Positions 63,034-64,000 of a stretch of DNA of 64,000 nt are shown in pieces (within the stretch, counting starts at the first letter, position 1; each line of letters starts with the position of its first letter). The notes under the pieces were generated by a model. That model was not told the DNA's origin and searched no databases. It was given only the letters and a program-made list of their open reading frames with translations. A program made the position numbers and the translations under genes. The stretch comes from Octopus sinensis (Eukaryota): positions 46,376,001 to 46,440,000 of the forward strand of contig NC_043001.1 in assembly GCF_006345805.1 (NCBI RefSeq), in the 5' to 3' direction.

Positions 63034-63854
63034 TTCTCCGTATTTGTTTCTCTCTCCTTTTTCACTCTCACTTTCCCACTCTCTTACTTTTCTTTTCTCT
63101 CGGACTCTCCCCCTCGCTTTCTCTTACTCTCTATCTTTATCTATCTCTCTCCCATTTATAAACAACAGAAGATCTTGAGTAAGTTGAGAATAAAATATTT
63201 AGAAGATCAATCAGAAATATGAGGCAGTGGCAATGGAAAGGTCTGCTTCAAGGCAGACAGCAAAACGCTAACATTTAAAGGGACAGACGAACTTGCGAGC
63301 TGAATAAAATAATAAAATATTGGAAACCAAAGTTTGAAGGGATAGAATCTGAGGATAGTAGGGTCACCATGGCTGGCATTTGTTAATGACGGACAGCAAC
63401 GTAGTGACAGTTTAACGTAAAATTTTGAACTTGATGTAAAAGAAAATTCGTAAACACCATGTTTTGAAGTGATTCTTTCTCACGACAGTAGACTCACCAT
63501 GGCAAGCATTCAAAACTTCTTTATCATGGACGGCCACACATTGACGATTAAAAGGCTGGCGCAAATTTTTTAGCTTGATGTAACAGAGAATTCCTAAACA
63601 CCCGCTCCTTGAAATTTTAATCCCCTTCCAGCCCCATTTAGACCCCTTTTCACATTTTGGTTAATATAACCCGATTTCATTCTGGTCTACTGGGGCCACA
63701 TTTTATAAGATGAGGAATTTTGTCCTAGAGGTGACGCCTTTCATTTGAGGAATAAAATAGTTGTCATGCAAACTTGTCAGCACCTTTAACATAGGTGTGC
63801 ATATTTTCAGCTGAATCGACCGACTACGTAATGCACACATTATATATATATGTG

Positions 63855-63893
<39 letters not shown>

Positions 63894-64000
63894 ACGCATT
63901 ATATATACAAATGTATACAAATGAGATATATATCTGTATAAATTAATTAGAGATAAAACACTAATAGGCAAATCAAACATTGAAAAACCAAAAACAAAAA

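Overview
AT-rich, microsatellite-saturated animal genomic DNA with one 100-N scaffold gap (20934-21033). The repeat families and simple-repeat density suggest a coleoid cephalopod, probably an octopus; this is inference, not a database match. Most listed ORFs are translations of microsatellites. Supported content: (i) dozens of tRNA-derived SINE copies in about five modular families; (ii) DNA transposon remnants (a DD34D mariner pseudogene, an internally deleted DD37D maT element, mariner and hAT MITEs, Helentron-like elements); (iii) non-LTR retrotransposon fragments (R4/Dong-type RLE, RTE-like) and Penelope-like element (PLE) termini, one with a GIY-YIG C-terminus; (iv) tentative spliced exons of one minus-strand and one plus-strand host gene, plus a decayed intron-containing ORF. 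The most notable signal is a set of type I hammerhead ribozyme (HHR) motifs from several unrelated PLE-type families. Three have a complete catalytic core and a self-complementary stem III (54154-54239, 57894-57936, 62378-62420). A roughly 300-bp fold-back palindrome (62284-62587) places a hammerhead on each strand. Also seen: a tRNA-Glu fused directly to a retroposon tail, and a 5'-inverted RLE LINE. No CRISPR array, rRNA or intact tRNA gene was found. Repeat boundaries were read by eye and are approximate.
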